Position numbers and translations under genes: made by a program. Shown here in pieces: positions 18,682 to 28,776 of a stretch of DNA of 64,000 nt. Source of the stretch: Gemmatimonadota bacterium (GTDB lineage: Bacteria > Gemmatimonadota > Gemmatimonadetes > Longimicrobiales > RSA9); contig SLCC01000066.1 in the NCBI GenBank assembly GCA_007126035.1, positions 1,104 through 65,103 of the forward strand. Direction: 5' to 3'. Position 1 is the stretch's first letter. Each line of letters opens with the position of its first letter. A model generated the notes under the pieces. It was not told the DNA's origin and made no database searches. It saw only the letters and a list, made by a program, of their open reading frames with translations.

Positions 18682-20223
18682 ATGTTGGCGACGATAACGA
18701 GTGGCGCGGTACTGGGTGTCGACGCATACCCGGTGCGTGTGGAGGTGGACCTGGCCCGCGGGCTGCCATCAATGGCCATCGTGGGGCTGCCCCAGGGCGC
18801 GGTACGAGAGGCCCGGGAGCGGGTGGGCGCGGCGCTGGCCAACGGTGGGTTCAAGGTCCCGCCCCGGCGGGTCACGATCAACCTGGCCCCGGCCGACATC
18901 CCCAAGAGCGGGAGTGCGTTCGACCTGCCCATCGCGCTGGCGCTGCTGGCAGCGGGCGGGACGTTCTGGGAGTCGGACCTGTCAGGCACCTGTTGCGTGG
19001 GCGAGTTGGGCCTTGATGGTGCAATTCGCCCCGTCCACGGTGTGCTCGCCGTGGCCCTGATGTGCCGGCGTGAGGGGATGAACACGCTGGTGGTTCCCGC
19101 GGCCAACGCGGCGGAGGCGGCGGTGGTCGCGGGCCTGGACGTGCGGCCGGCTGCCAGACTGGGCGATGTGGTACGGTTCCTGTCCGGCGGCGGACCCCTT
19201 CCTCCAGCAACTGCCGAACGGTTCGAGCAAGGCACGAGCGGGGGTGTTCCCGATTTCGCCGACGTGCGGGGCCAGGAGACGGCCCGCCGGGCGCTGGAGA
19301 TCGCCGCCGCTGGATCTCACAACCTCCTGATGCTGGGCCCGCCAGGCGCCGGCAAATCAATGATGGCTCGCAGGCTGCCATCGATCCTGCCGCCCATGAC
19401 GTTGACGGAGGCAGTGGAGGTGACCAACGTGCACTCCGTTGCGGGACGGCTCCGGGGCGGAATCGGGCTGCTGAGAGAACGTCCGTTCCGGGCTCCGCAC
19501 CACTCCGTGTCCGATCCGGGACTGGTGGGCGGCGGCGGAATGCCCAGGCCCGGAGAGGCCTCCCTCGCTCATCACGGGGTTCTCTTCCTGGATGAGCTGC
19601 CCGAGTTCCGTCGCTCCGCGCTGGAGTCACTCCGCCAACCGCTCGAAGAGGGTATGATCCACATAGGCAGAGCCCGCACAGCAGTCCGGCTGCCAGCCCG
19701 CTTCATGCTCGTCGCTGCCATGAACCCGTGCCCGTGCGGTCACATGGGTGACGGCACCGAGCGCTGCATCTGCCCGGCGGAGCGGGTCCGACGCTATCGC
19801 GGGCGGATCTCCGGTCCCCTGTTGGATCGCATAGACATGCACGTGGAGGTGCCGCGTCTGGCGCCGGACCAGCTCGTGGGCCGGGGCCCCGCAGAAGGCA
19901 GCACGGCGATCAGGGCCCGGGTCAGGGAGGCACGGGAGCGGCAGCTCCGGCGCTACGATGGCACGGGCGTATTCGCCAACGTCCAGCTCGATCCCAGGGG
20001 GACTCGCCGCCACTGCCGGCTGGACGACGCTGGCATGGCGCTCCTGGAGGCGGCGGTGCACCAGCTACGGCTTTCCGCCCGCTCCTACCACCGGATCCTC
20101 CGCCTTACGCGCACGATCGCCGACCTCGACGGTACCGAGGCCATCGATCCCATACATGTAGCCGAAGCGGTCCAATATCGGAGCCTTGACCGGCCGATCG
20201 CCGAGCCGGCCCCCGTCCTCTGA
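18682..20223 (+). CDS. YifB/ComM-family Mg-chelatase-like AAA+ ATPase
   Basis: Start trimmed to ATG 18682 (MLATITSGAVLGVDAYPVRVEVDL). Walker A GPPGAGKS. LFLDELPEF. C-terminal ...SARSYHRILRLTRTIADLDG. Confidence 0.9.
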   Translation: MLATITSGAVLGVDAYPVRVEVDLARGLPSMAIVGLPQGAVREARERVGAALANGGFKVPPRRVTINLAPADIPKSGSAFDLPIALALLAAGGTFWESDLSGTCCVGELGLDGAIRPVHGVLAVALMCRREGMNTLVVPAANAAEAAVVAGLDVRPAARLGDVVRFLSGGGPLPPATAERFEQGTSGGVPDFADVRGQETARRALEIAAAGSHNLLMLGPPGAGKSMMARRLPSILPPMTLTEAVEVTNVHSVAGRLRGGIGLLRERPFRAPHHSVSDPGLVGGGGMPRPGEASLAHHGVLFLDELPEFRRSALESLRQPLEEGMIHIGRARTAVRLPARFMLVAAMNPCPCGHMGDGTERCICPAERVRRYRGRISGPLLDRIDMHVEVPRLAPDQLVGRGPAEGSTAIRARVREARERQLRRYDGTGVFANVQLDPRGTRRHCRLDDAGMALLEAAVHQLRLSARSYHRILRLTRTIADLDGTEAIDPIHVAEAVQYRSLDRPIAEPAPVL

Positions 20224-20322
20224 CACCGGCGGGGCATATCTTGCCCACGGGTGTAGTATGCCATAGCTTCGCGCCGGGCGCGGCAAGGGTGTGGTCGGTG
20301 ATCTCCGGAAGGGGGCTGTCGG

Positions 20323-21150
20323 TTGGACGAAGCGTTACTCCAGGCCAAGTACGGCACACTGATCCGGATCCTCGAGGATTGCGAGTCCGTCTGTATCGGG
20401 TATTCCGGCGGCGTGGACAGCGTCTTCCTGGCGAAGGCAGCGCTGCTGTCGCTGGGTGCTGAGCGCGTGCTGGCCGTCATCGGCCGGTCGCCCTCATATC
20501 CCGCGGCCCAGTTCCGGGCAGCGGTGGAGTACGCCGAGCTGCTGGGGCTGCCGTGGGTAGAGGTTTCCACGCACGAGATGGAGTCGTCGGGCTACGTCAC
20601 CAACTCACCGAGCCGGTGCTACTTCTGCAAGGACGAGCTGTGGTCCAGGCTGGCGGCAGTGGCGACGCGGCACGGTCTGCACACGGTGGTGGACGGGGCC
20701 AACGCGGACGACGCCCATGACCATCGGCCAGGCGCCCGGGCCGCGCGGGAGCACGGCGTCCGCTCGCCGTTGCAGGAGGCGGGGCTGGCGAAGGACGAGA
20801 TCCGGGAGCTGTCCCGAAGGGCGGGGCTGCCCACCTGGGACCAACCGGCGTCGCCTTGTCTGGCGAGCCGTCTGGCATATGGCCTGGCGGTTACGCCGGA
20901 GCGCCTGGCACAGGTCGAGGCGGCGGAGATGTTGTTGCGCAGGCGAGGTGTGCGTGAGGTCCGGGTCCGTCACCACGGGGATGTGGCACGGATCGAGGTG
21001 GCGCCCGGCGAGCTGGACGCGGCCGCTCCGACCATCGTGGCGCTGGTGCCCCGCCTCCGGGCCCTTGGGTTTGACCGGGTGCTGCTGGACGTGGAAGGGT
21101 ACCGGCGGGGCGCGCTGAACGAAGCGCTGGTCCAGTTGACCGCCTCATGA
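20323..21150 (+). CDS. larE: PP-loop ATP pyrophosphatase, LarE-like sulfur transferase family
   Basis: TTG start. PP-loop YSGGVDS. CYFCK. Conserved Cys context PASPCLASRLAYG. 275 aa. Confidence 0.75.
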   Translation: MDEALLQAKYGTLIRILEDCESVCIGYSGGVDSVFLAKAALLSLGAERVLAVIGRSPSYPAAQFRAAVEYAELLGLPWVEVSTHEMESSGYVTNSPSRCYFCKDELWSRLAAVATRHGLHTVVDGANADDAHDHRPGARAAREHGVRSPLQEAGLAKDEIRELSRRAGLPTWDQPASPCLASRLAYGLAVTPERLAQVEAAEMLLRRRGVREVRVRHHGDVARIEVAPGELDAAAPTIVALVPRLRALGFDRVLLDVEGYRRGALNEALVQLTAS

Positions 21151-21350
21151 GCGTGGACCGGCTGGCGCAGGCCAGGGACCTGCTGGAACGGGAGGGCGTG
21201 GAGGCCGCCATCAGCGCGGCCGGGGAGTCCGGCGACATTCTGGCAGTCCGCGTCCATGTCGCTGAGCGGCCCCGCCTGGCCCGGCTGGCGCCGGGGATAC
21301 GGGCGCTGGGGTTCCGATACGTTGCAATCGAGCTGGTTGACGGTCCGTGA
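21147..21350 (+). CDS. Small hypothetical protein resembling the LarE C-terminal subdomain
   Basis: ATGA overlap with the larE-like stop. Third-position G/C is high by hand count. DRLAQARDLLEREGV...SGDILAVRV...LAPGIRALGFRYVAIELVDG parallels upstream ERLAQVEAAEMLLRRRGV...HGDVARIEV...LVPRLRALGFDRVLLDVEGY. Confidence 0.5.
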   Translation: MSVDRLAQARDLLEREGVEAAISAAGESGDILAVRVHVAERPRLARLAPGIRALGFRYVAIELVDGP

Positions 21351-21363
21351 CTGGAGCTGCCGC

Positions 21364-21957
21364 ATGAGAGTCTTTGTCGCTATCAACTTCACGGTCAAGG
21401 ACCGCCAGCGAATGGCGCGCGCCGTCCGCCGGATGCGGGATACGGGCTTGCCGGTGCGTTGGGTGGAACCGGACCAGATCCACCTCACGTTGAAGTTCCT
21501 GGGGGAGGTGCGGCCGGAGCGGATCGGGCAGGTCAAGGCGGCGGTCGCCCGAGTCGCGTCGAAGACGCGGCCGTTCACTCTCAACATGCGTGGCTCCGGC
21601 GCATTCCCCACCACGCGCAGGCCCAGGGTGATATGGTTGGGTGCGGAAGCCACCCCGGAGCTCCGGTGCCTGAAACATGACCTGGAGTGGGAGCTGGCGC
21701 CCCTCGGCTTCGATAGGGAGGTCAGGGCCTTCCACCCCCACATCACTCTGGGTCGGGCCCGGCCCGACGCCAGGGCGGGCGACTTCCGAGGGTTCGAGGA
21801 GCTGGTGGCCAGCATGGATTTTCGGGCCGCCATCACCGTGCGCTCGATAGACCTCATGAAGAGTACGCTGTCCGCCCGGGGTGCCCGCTACGACAAGCTG
21901 ATGAGCGCGAAGCTGGGGCAGCCGGCAGCGGATATCCTGGCCCGGGCCAGCGGCTGA
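21364..21957 (+). CDS. thpR: RNA 2',3'-cyclic phosphodiesterase (2H family, ThpR/LigT)
   Basis: Start trimmed to ATG 21364 (MRVFVAINF). Two HxTx motifs: HLTLKFLG and HITLGRA. Confidence 0.85.
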   Translation: MRVFVAINFTVKDRQRMARAVRRMRDTGLPVRWVEPDQIHLTLKFLGEVRPERIGQVKAAVARVASKTRPFTLNMRGSGAFPTTRRPRVIWLGAEATPELRCLKHDLEWELAPLGFDREVRAFHPHITLGRARPDARAGDFRGFEELVASMDFRAAITVRSIDLMKSTLSARGARYDKLMSAKLGQPAADILARASG

Positions 21958-21966
21958 GGCGGACAG

Positions 21967-22605
21967 GTGGGCGGCTGCATCGGTCGGTTCCTACTCCTGG
22001 CGCTGGTGCTGGGCGCCGGTGTGCTGGCCTGGCAGCACCGGGATCGCTTGATGACGACGCTCGATGATCTACGCGGCCGCGAGCTCGAGGTGTCGCCGGA
22101 GCTGGCGGCGGTGGCGGACAGCAAGCTGGCAACATTGAGCGTCGGGGACGGCGTCCGGCGTGTCGCCCTGACGGCGCCGGAGCTCCAGAGCCTCATCGAG
22201 TACCGATGGGGCGGGCTGCTGCCGCCGGATGTGAGCGAGCCCCGGGTCGACCTGGGCAAGGGTAGGGTCATCCTCGAGGCCACTGTCGCGACCGCCCGGT
22301 TCGGTCGGGTCTCGGAGCTCCGTGAGATCGTGGGGTTCCTACCGGATACGACCACCCTGCGAGCGGCGGGCAGCTTCATCCCGCTGGACGACGGACGGGT
22401 AGGGCTCGAGGTGCACGACCTGAGCGCCGCCGGCATCCCGCTCCCGCGCCAGCTGATCCCGCCGATCCTGGCCCGGTTCCCGGGCTCGGGCGAGCAGGAC
22501 CTTCCCCCGAACGCGCTGGCCATTCCGCTGCCACCCGGAATCAGGACGATATTCGTGAGCGGTGACACGATGGTCTTCGTGGGCAACTTGGAACAACCAT
22601 ACTGA
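21967..22605 (+). CDS. Hypothetical membrane-anchored protein
   Basis: GTG start. N-terminal TM helix GRFLLLALVLGAGVLAW. No recognisable family. Ends 3 nt before the sigma-54 activator gene. Confidence 0.5.
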   Translation: MGGCIGRFLLLALVLGAGVLAWQHRDRLMTTLDDLRGRELEVSPELAAVADSKLATLSVGDGVRRVALTAPELQSLIEYRWGGLLPPDVSEPRVDLGKGRVILEATVATARFGRVSELREIVGFLPDTTTLRAAGSFIPLDDGRVGLEVHDLSAAGIPLPRQLIPPILARFPGSGEQDLPPNALAIPLPPGIRTIFVSGDTMVFVGNLEQPY

Positions 22606-22608
22606 GCC

Positions 22609-23972
<1,364 letters not shown>

Positions 23973-23976
<4 letters not shown>

Positions 23977-24161
23977 CTGAACCGACCGCTTTCCTGCTGA
24001 TCCTCCTGTTCTGGGCGGTGGCCTCCATGGGGGGCGGCTTGTTGCTCGCACTGCTCGCCCGCCGGCTCCACCCGGCCCTGTCCCTGCGCCGGCTGTGGCT
24101 CTTCTACACCATCCTCCTCGGCTTCGCCCTGGCCGCTATCCTGGCAATCGTCTACCGCTGA
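23973..24161 (+). CDS. Small two-TM membrane protein (62 aa)
   Basis: GTGA overlap with the activator stop. 56 of 62 codons end in G/C by my count. Two hydrophobic helices (FLLILLFWAVASMGGGLLLALLA and LWLFYTILLGFALAAILAIV). Confidence 0.5.
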
Positions 24162-24258
24162 TCCAGACCTGCTGCTCTTGCCGCCGGGCTCCTTCTTCCG
24201 CAGGTTGCCTCGTTTCATTAACGGCAACCAGCCCGTACGGGCGGCAGGAGGTCGAGAG

Positions 24259-25758
24259 ATGGCCGAAAGGTTCAAGAACTATATCAACGGGCAGTGGGTG
24301 GAGCCAAGCACAGGCGACTACCATGAGAACCGGAACCCGGCACGGTGGGACGAGGTGCTGGGACTGTTCCCTAGCTCGGCCGCCGAGGACGTGGAACGGG
24401 CCGTCGAGTCCGCGAAGCGGGGGTTCCAGGTCTGGCGTAAGGTGCCCGCCCCGCAGCGAGGCGATGTGCTGCGGCGGGTCGGTGACCTGATGACCGCCCG
24501 GAAGGAAGAGATCGCCCGCGTCATGACCCGCGAGATGGGCAAGATCCTTGACGAGACGCGTGGCGACGTGCAGGAAGGCATAGACACGGCATACTACGCT
24601 GCCTCCGAGGGCCGGCGCCTCTTCGGGCACACCGTGCCCAGTGAGTTGCGGGACAAGTGGGCCATGAGCTACCGGCGGCCCATCGGCGTATGCGGCATCA
24701 TCACGCCGTTCAACTTCCCCATGGCCATCCCCACCTGGAAGATCTTCCCGGCACTGGTGTCCGGTAACAGCGTGGTCTTCAAGCCGGCCCACGACGTGCC
24801 CCACACCGCTACGCTGCTGGTCGAGATCCTCCTCGAGGCCGGCGTCCATCCGGAGGCGGTACAGCTGGTCCACGGCACCGGCAGGAAGATTGGCAACGTG
24901 CTGGTCGACCACCCGGACGTCCCGGTAATCTCCTTTACCGGGTCTACCGGCGTCGGCTCCGCCATCGGCGAGGTGTGCGGTCGCATGCACAAGCGCCTGT
25001 CCCTCGAGATGGGCGGCAAGAACGCACAGATCGTCATGCCCGACGCCAACATGGAGCTGGCTCTGGAAGGCGTGCTCTGGGGCGCTTTCGGCACCACGGG
25101 CCAACGGTGCACAGCCACCAGCAGACTCCTGCTCCATGACCAGATCCACGACTCGTTCCTCGAGCGGCTCGTGGAGCGAGTCAACGCCCTTAAGCTGGGC
25201 GATGGGCTGGAGAAGGACACCGACGTGGGGCCCATGATCAAGGAAGACGCCCTCCAGAACACGGCCGACTACGTCGGTATCGCACGCGAGGAGGGCGACG
25301 AGATCGTGACCGGCGGAAAGCGCGCCGGAGGCCACGGCCTGGACGGCGGCTGGTTCTTCGAGCCTACCATCCTGGCCGGAGTGAAGCCCGGCTCACGCCT
25401 GGCACTGGAAGAAGTCTTCGGGCCGGTCCTCAGCGTCATGCGCTTCGCCGACGTGGAAGAGGCCATCCACATCAACAACGAAGTCGAATACGGACTGTCC
25501 AGCTCGATCTACACCGAGGATGTGCGCAACTCCTTCCTCGCCATGACCGAGCTCGACAACGGGATCACCTACGTCAACGCGCCCACCATCGGCGCGGAGG
25601 CCCACCTGCCTTTCGGCGGCGTCAAGCAGACGGGTAACGGGCACCGGGAAGGTGGCTGGGAGGTCTACGAGTTCTACACCGAGACCAAGGTGGCCTACGT
25701 AGACTATTCAGGACGGCTGCAGCGGGCGCAGATCGACACCTACGACTTCGCACCCTGA
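24259..25758 (+). CDS. NAD(P)-dependent aldehyde dehydrogenase
   Basis: Start trimmed to ATG 24259 (GGAGG upstream; MAERFKNYINGQWVEP). Motifs FTGSTGVG, LEMGGKNA and GQRCTATSRLL (catalytic Cys). Confidence 0.9.
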   Translation: MAERFKNYINGQWVEPSTGDYHENRNPARWDEVLGLFPSSAAEDVERAVESAKRGFQVWRKVPAPQRGDVLRRVGDLMTARKEEIARVMTREMGKILDETRGDVQEGIDTAYYAASEGRRLFGHTVPSELRDKWAMSYRRPIGVCGIITPFNFPMAIPTWKIFPALVSGNSVVFKPAHDVPHTATLLVEILLEAGVHPEAVQLVHGTGRKIGNVLVDHPDVPVISFTGSTGVGSAIGEVCGRMHKRLSLEMGGKNAQIVMPDANMELALEGVLWGAFGTTGQRCTATSRLLLHDQIHDSFLERLVERVNALKLGDGLEKDTDVGPMIKEDALQNTADYVGIAREEGDEIVTGGKRAGGHGLDGGWFFEPTILAGVKPGSRLALEEVFGPVLSVMRFADVEEAIHINNEVEYGLSSSIYTEDVRNSFLAMTELDNGITYVNAPTIGAEAHLPFGGVKQTGNGHREGGWEVYEFYTETKVAYVDYSGRLQRAQIDTYDFAP

Positions 25759-25891
25759 GTTGGACGGGTGCCGGCTGGGCACCGGCCAGAAGCGGGATGT
25801 GGTGGGGGGTGGCACGAAGCCTCCTGACACGCTATGATCCCATTCCCGCCGCGTGTCCGGCCGGAGCTGACACTATCGCAGAGTCCCCACT

Positions 25892-26656
25892 GTGGCGACC
25901 GTGGACCCATCGCAGCAGACATCGCGAGAGCAGCCTGCCGCTCGACCGGCGCCGCCGGTGCAAGGCCGTCTCGCCGCCTTCGGGCGTTGGACCTGGGACT
26001 GGATCAGGTCCCTGGCCATAGCCCTCATCCTCTTCCTGGGCGTCCGCACGTTCGTCATCGAAGCATTCAGGACCCCCACCGCCAGCATGGAAAGCACACT
26101 GCTGGTCGGTGACTTCCTGCTGGTCAACAAAGCAGTGTACGGCGCTCAGGTGCCAGGCACGCCCGTCCGACTGCCCGCCTTCGGCGAGCCGGAAAGGGGC
26201 GATGTCATCGTCTTCACACCACCCCACGAGCCCCGGAAGAACTACGTGAAGCGGGTGGTGGGGTTGCCAGGCGATACCCTCTTCATGCGCGACAAGGTCC
26301 TGTTCGTCAACGGGGTGCCCCAGTCCGAACCATACGCCCGGCACGGTGACCCGCTGGACGCCCATTCCGCGGCGATGCAGTGGCAACTGGGCCACCTGGT
26401 GGCCCCGGCGGACCTGGCTCGTTATCGTCCCAGCAGGGATAACTGGGGACCCCTCCGGGTGCCCCAGGCCCGGTACTTCGTACTGGGTGATAACCGCGAC
26501 GACTCGAAGGACTCCAGGTACTGGGGGTTCGTCGCGCAGGAAGCAGTCAAGGGAAGACCCATTTTCGTCTATTACTCGTTCGACCCTCTAGCCCTCAGTC
26601 AGCTCCCCTGGCTGACCGAGATCCGCTGGAACCGGATAGGCGGTTCCATCGACTGA
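25892..26656 (+). CDS. lepB: Signal peptidase I
   Basis: Catalytic Ser box PTASMESTL, Lys box YVKRVVGLPGD, and GDNRDDSKDSRYWGFV. Confidence 0.9.
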   Translation: MATVDPSQQTSREQPAARPAPPVQGRLAAFGRWTWDWIRSLAIALILFLGVRTFVIEAFRTPTASMESTLLVGDFLLVNKAVYGAQVPGTPVRLPAFGEPERGDVIVFTPPHEPRKNYVKRVVGLPGDTLFMRDKVLFVNGVPQSEPYARHGDPLDAHSAAMQWQLGHLVAPADLARYRPSRDNWGPLRVPQARYFVLGDNRDDSKDSRYWGFVAQEAVKGRPIFVYYSFDPLALSQLPWLTEIRWNRIGGSID

Positions 26657-26753
26657 ATGGCTCCGACACCGACAGGGCGTGAACAGGCCCTCCTCCATAG
26701 ATGCCGGACCGGCACACGCCGGGAACAGAGTCACACGGTCGCGGGAGTCCCGG

Positions 26754-27611
26754 ATGAGTTTCACCGGCACGCGCAAAGGCAAGAATGACGAAAGCTCACT
26801 CGACCAGTACCTCAAGGAGATCAGCGCCTATAAGCTGCTGACCCGTGACCAGGAGGTCGAGCTCGCCAAGCACATCAAGCAGGGCGACGACGAGGCCCTC
26901 GACACGCTGGTCCGGTCGAACCTCCGGTTCGTCGTGTCCGTCGCCAAAAAGTACCAGAACCAGGGCGTGGCCCTCTCCGACCTCATCAACGAGGGCAACC
27001 TGGGCCTGATACGCGCTGCCCATAAGTTCGACGAGACCAAGGGGATCAAGTTCATCTCCTATGCGGTGTGGTGGATCCGCCAGGCCATCCTCCAGGCACT
27101 GGCCGAACAGAGCCGTATCGTACGCGTACCCCTCAACCGGGCCGGCGCGCTGCACCGCATCGGAAAACGCTCCGCCCTGCTGCTCCAGGAGCTGGGCCGG
27201 GAGCCCACCGTCGAAGAGTTGGCGGACGAACTGGACATCTCCGAGGACGAGGTGCGGAGGACATTGTCGCTCTCCCAAACGCACCTCTCCCTGGACGCAC
27301 CGCTCACCCCAGGCGAGGACAATCGTCTGCTCGACTACCTCCCCGACCAGTTCTCACCGGGGCCAGACGACGAGGCCTTCGACCGCGCACTCCTCAATAC
27401 CGTCGAAGATGCCCTGGGAACACTCAAGGAGCGAGAGTCCAGGATCCTGCGACTCTACTTCGGCCTCGACGGCCACGAGCCCATGACCCTGGAGGAAATC
27501 GGCTCCCTCCTCGGCGTTACTCGGGAACGGGTGAGGCAGATCAAGGAGAAGGCCCTGCTCCGGCTGCGCCACGCGAGTCGGGCGCGCTTCCTGGAAACGT
27601 TTATGCGGTGA
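26754..27611 (+). CDS. RNA polymerase sigma factor, RpoD/SigA family (compact, about 285 aa)
   Basis: Start trimmed to ATG 26754. Region 2 DLINEGNLGLIRAAHKFDETKGIKFISYAVWWIRQAI. Region 4 TLEEIGSLLGVTRERVRQIKEKALLRLR. Confidence 0.9.
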   Translation: MSFTGTRKGKNDESSLDQYLKEISAYKLLTRDQEVELAKHIKQGDDEALDTLVRSNLRFVVSVAKKYQNQGVALSDLINEGNLGLIRAAHKFDETKGIKFISYAVWWIRQAILQALAEQSRIVRVPLNRAGALHRIGKRSALLLQELGREPTVEELADELDISEDEVRRTLSLSQTHLSLDAPLTPGEDNRLLDYLPDQFSPGPDDEAFDRALLNTVEDALGTLKERESRILRLYFGLDGHEPMTLEEIGSLLGVTRERVRQIKEKALLRLRHASRARFLETFMR

Positions 27612-27613
27612 TG

Positions 27614-27632
27614 GCCCGGCCGTTGGCCGGGC
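27614..27632 (+). terminator. GC hairpin immediately after the sigma-factor stop (no U-tract)
   Basis: GCCCGGCC-GTT-GGCCGGGC. Perfect 8-bp stem starting 3 nt after TGA 27609-27611. Confidence 0.35.
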
Positions 27633-27637
27633 AGGAG

Positions 27638-27913
27638 GGCGCGGCCCCTGGCGGGGCCACGCAGGTGGGCTCGGCTTCGCCTCGCAGGGGGGCGCGGCCC
27701 TGGCGGGCCACGCATGTGGGCGCCCTTCGGGCGCAATGGCTCGGCTTCGCCTCGCAAGGGGGGCGCGGCCCTGGCGGGCCACGCATGTGGGCGCCCTTCG
27801 GGCGCAATGGCTCGGCTTCGCCTCGCAGGGGGGCGCGGCCCTGGCGGGCCACGCATGTGGGCGCCCTTCGGGCGCAATGGCTCCTCGGCTTCGCCTCTCA
27901 GGGAGGCGCGGCC
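27638..27913. repeat. Tandem array of a 70-73 bp GC-rich hairpin-bearing unit (one short, three full, one partial copy)
   Basis: Unit: GGCGCGGCCCTGGCGGGCCACGCATGTGGGCGCCCTTCGGGCGCAATGGCTCGGCTTCGCCTCGCAGGGG. Copy starts are 27638 (53 nt, internal 19-nt deletion), 27691, 27762, 27832 and 27905 (9 nt only). Periods are 71, 70 and 73 bp. Confidence 0.9.
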
Positions 27914-28581
27914 TCGTAGCCCAGCAAGGTGGCCTCGAGCCGAACCGTGCCCGCCGGGACGGCCGGGAACGTGAAGTTGCCGTGGCCGTCGGCGATGCGC
28001 AGCGGCCCGTCCGCGCCGAGTCGCACGCTCACCCCGGCCAGTGGCCGCTCCGTCTCCCCGTCCACCACGCGGCCGCTGAGCCGTGCCGGGCCACCGGCGG
28101 CCGTCGCCAGTGTCAGCGAAAGATCGACCCGGTGGACCTCGCCTTCCGCCGTGACCAGCCGACCCGTGACGTCGGCGGTGGCGCGGGCGAAGCGAACGGG
28201 ATCTCCGACCCCCAGGCCACGCACCTCCACAACCCGACCGATGGTCCCCCGGACCGATGCCACTTCCGCCCTCGAGCGCCAATCGGCGACGAGGCTACGG
28301 GGGGCATGGATCCGCCAGGAGCGGACGATCCACGCGTCTTTGGGCAGGCGCTCGAACTCCAGAGTGCCTCCGGCGGCCGCCGCGGTCAGGCACCCGCCGC
28401 GCACGTACCGGTACTCTTGCGACCGGAGTGCTGCCGTCGCCACGTCCAGCCAGAGGGTGCCGGCCACGGCGGGTTGGCAGGACCGGGCGACCGGCAGGTG
28501 GGCTCTGGAATGGATAGCTGCGGAGCAGCCGGCGGGGACGCACCCGCTCCACCAGGACGGTGCCCGAACGCACGTCCACAT
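27898..28581 (-). CDS. Hypothetical protein with a C-terminal carboxypeptidase-regulatory-like (CarboxypepD_reg) beta-sandwich; N-terminus uncertain or possibly frameshifted
   Basis: C-terminus LSGRVVDGETERPLAGVSVRLGADGPLRIADGHGNFTFPAVPAGTVRLEATLLGYE is the typical CarboxypepD_reg pattern. The N-terminus from ATG 28581 is W/C-rich and unconvincing. See the finding on the frame switch. Confidence 0.55.
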   Translation of the reverse strand: MWTCVRAPSWWSGCVPAGCSAAIHSRAHLPVARSCQPAVAGTLWLDVATAALRSQEYRYVRGGCLTAAAAGGTLEFERLPKDAWIVRSWRIHAPRSLVADWRSRAEVASVRGTIGRVVEVRGLGVGDPVRFARATADVTGRLVTAEGEVHRVDLSLTLATAAGGPARLSGRVVDGETERPLAGVSVRLGADGPLRIADGHGNFTFPAVPAGTVRLEATLLGYEAAPP

Positions 28582-28697
28582 CTCGCTCGATGACGGCTGT
28601 GCGGAACAGGACGTAGGGCGCCGCCTCGGTCAGCACCCGCCTGCGAAGCCGCCAGGGGGCACCGCCCGCCTGCCCGGCAAAGCCGCGCCCTCGGCGC

Positions 28698-28726
28698 TTG
28701 ACACCCGCCCCCCTTCTGGATATCCT
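28698..28726 (+). promoter_or_regulatory. Candidate sigma-70-type promoter of rplM-rpsI
   Basis: TTGACA (28698-28703), 17-nt spacer, TATCCT (28721-28726). Lies about 50 nt upstream of the rplM ATG. Confidence 0.35.
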
Positions 28727-28776
28727 TGAAAGCTGTTCGCCTGGGGCACCTGTGCCCGTGACTCACGAGATCCGAG

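Noticed and set aside
27638-27913. Could the repeat array be a CRISPR locus?
   Set aside because: The whole 70-nt unit repeats head-to-tail with no unique spacers. The unit is longer than CRISPR repeats. No cas genes or leader-like region lie nearby.
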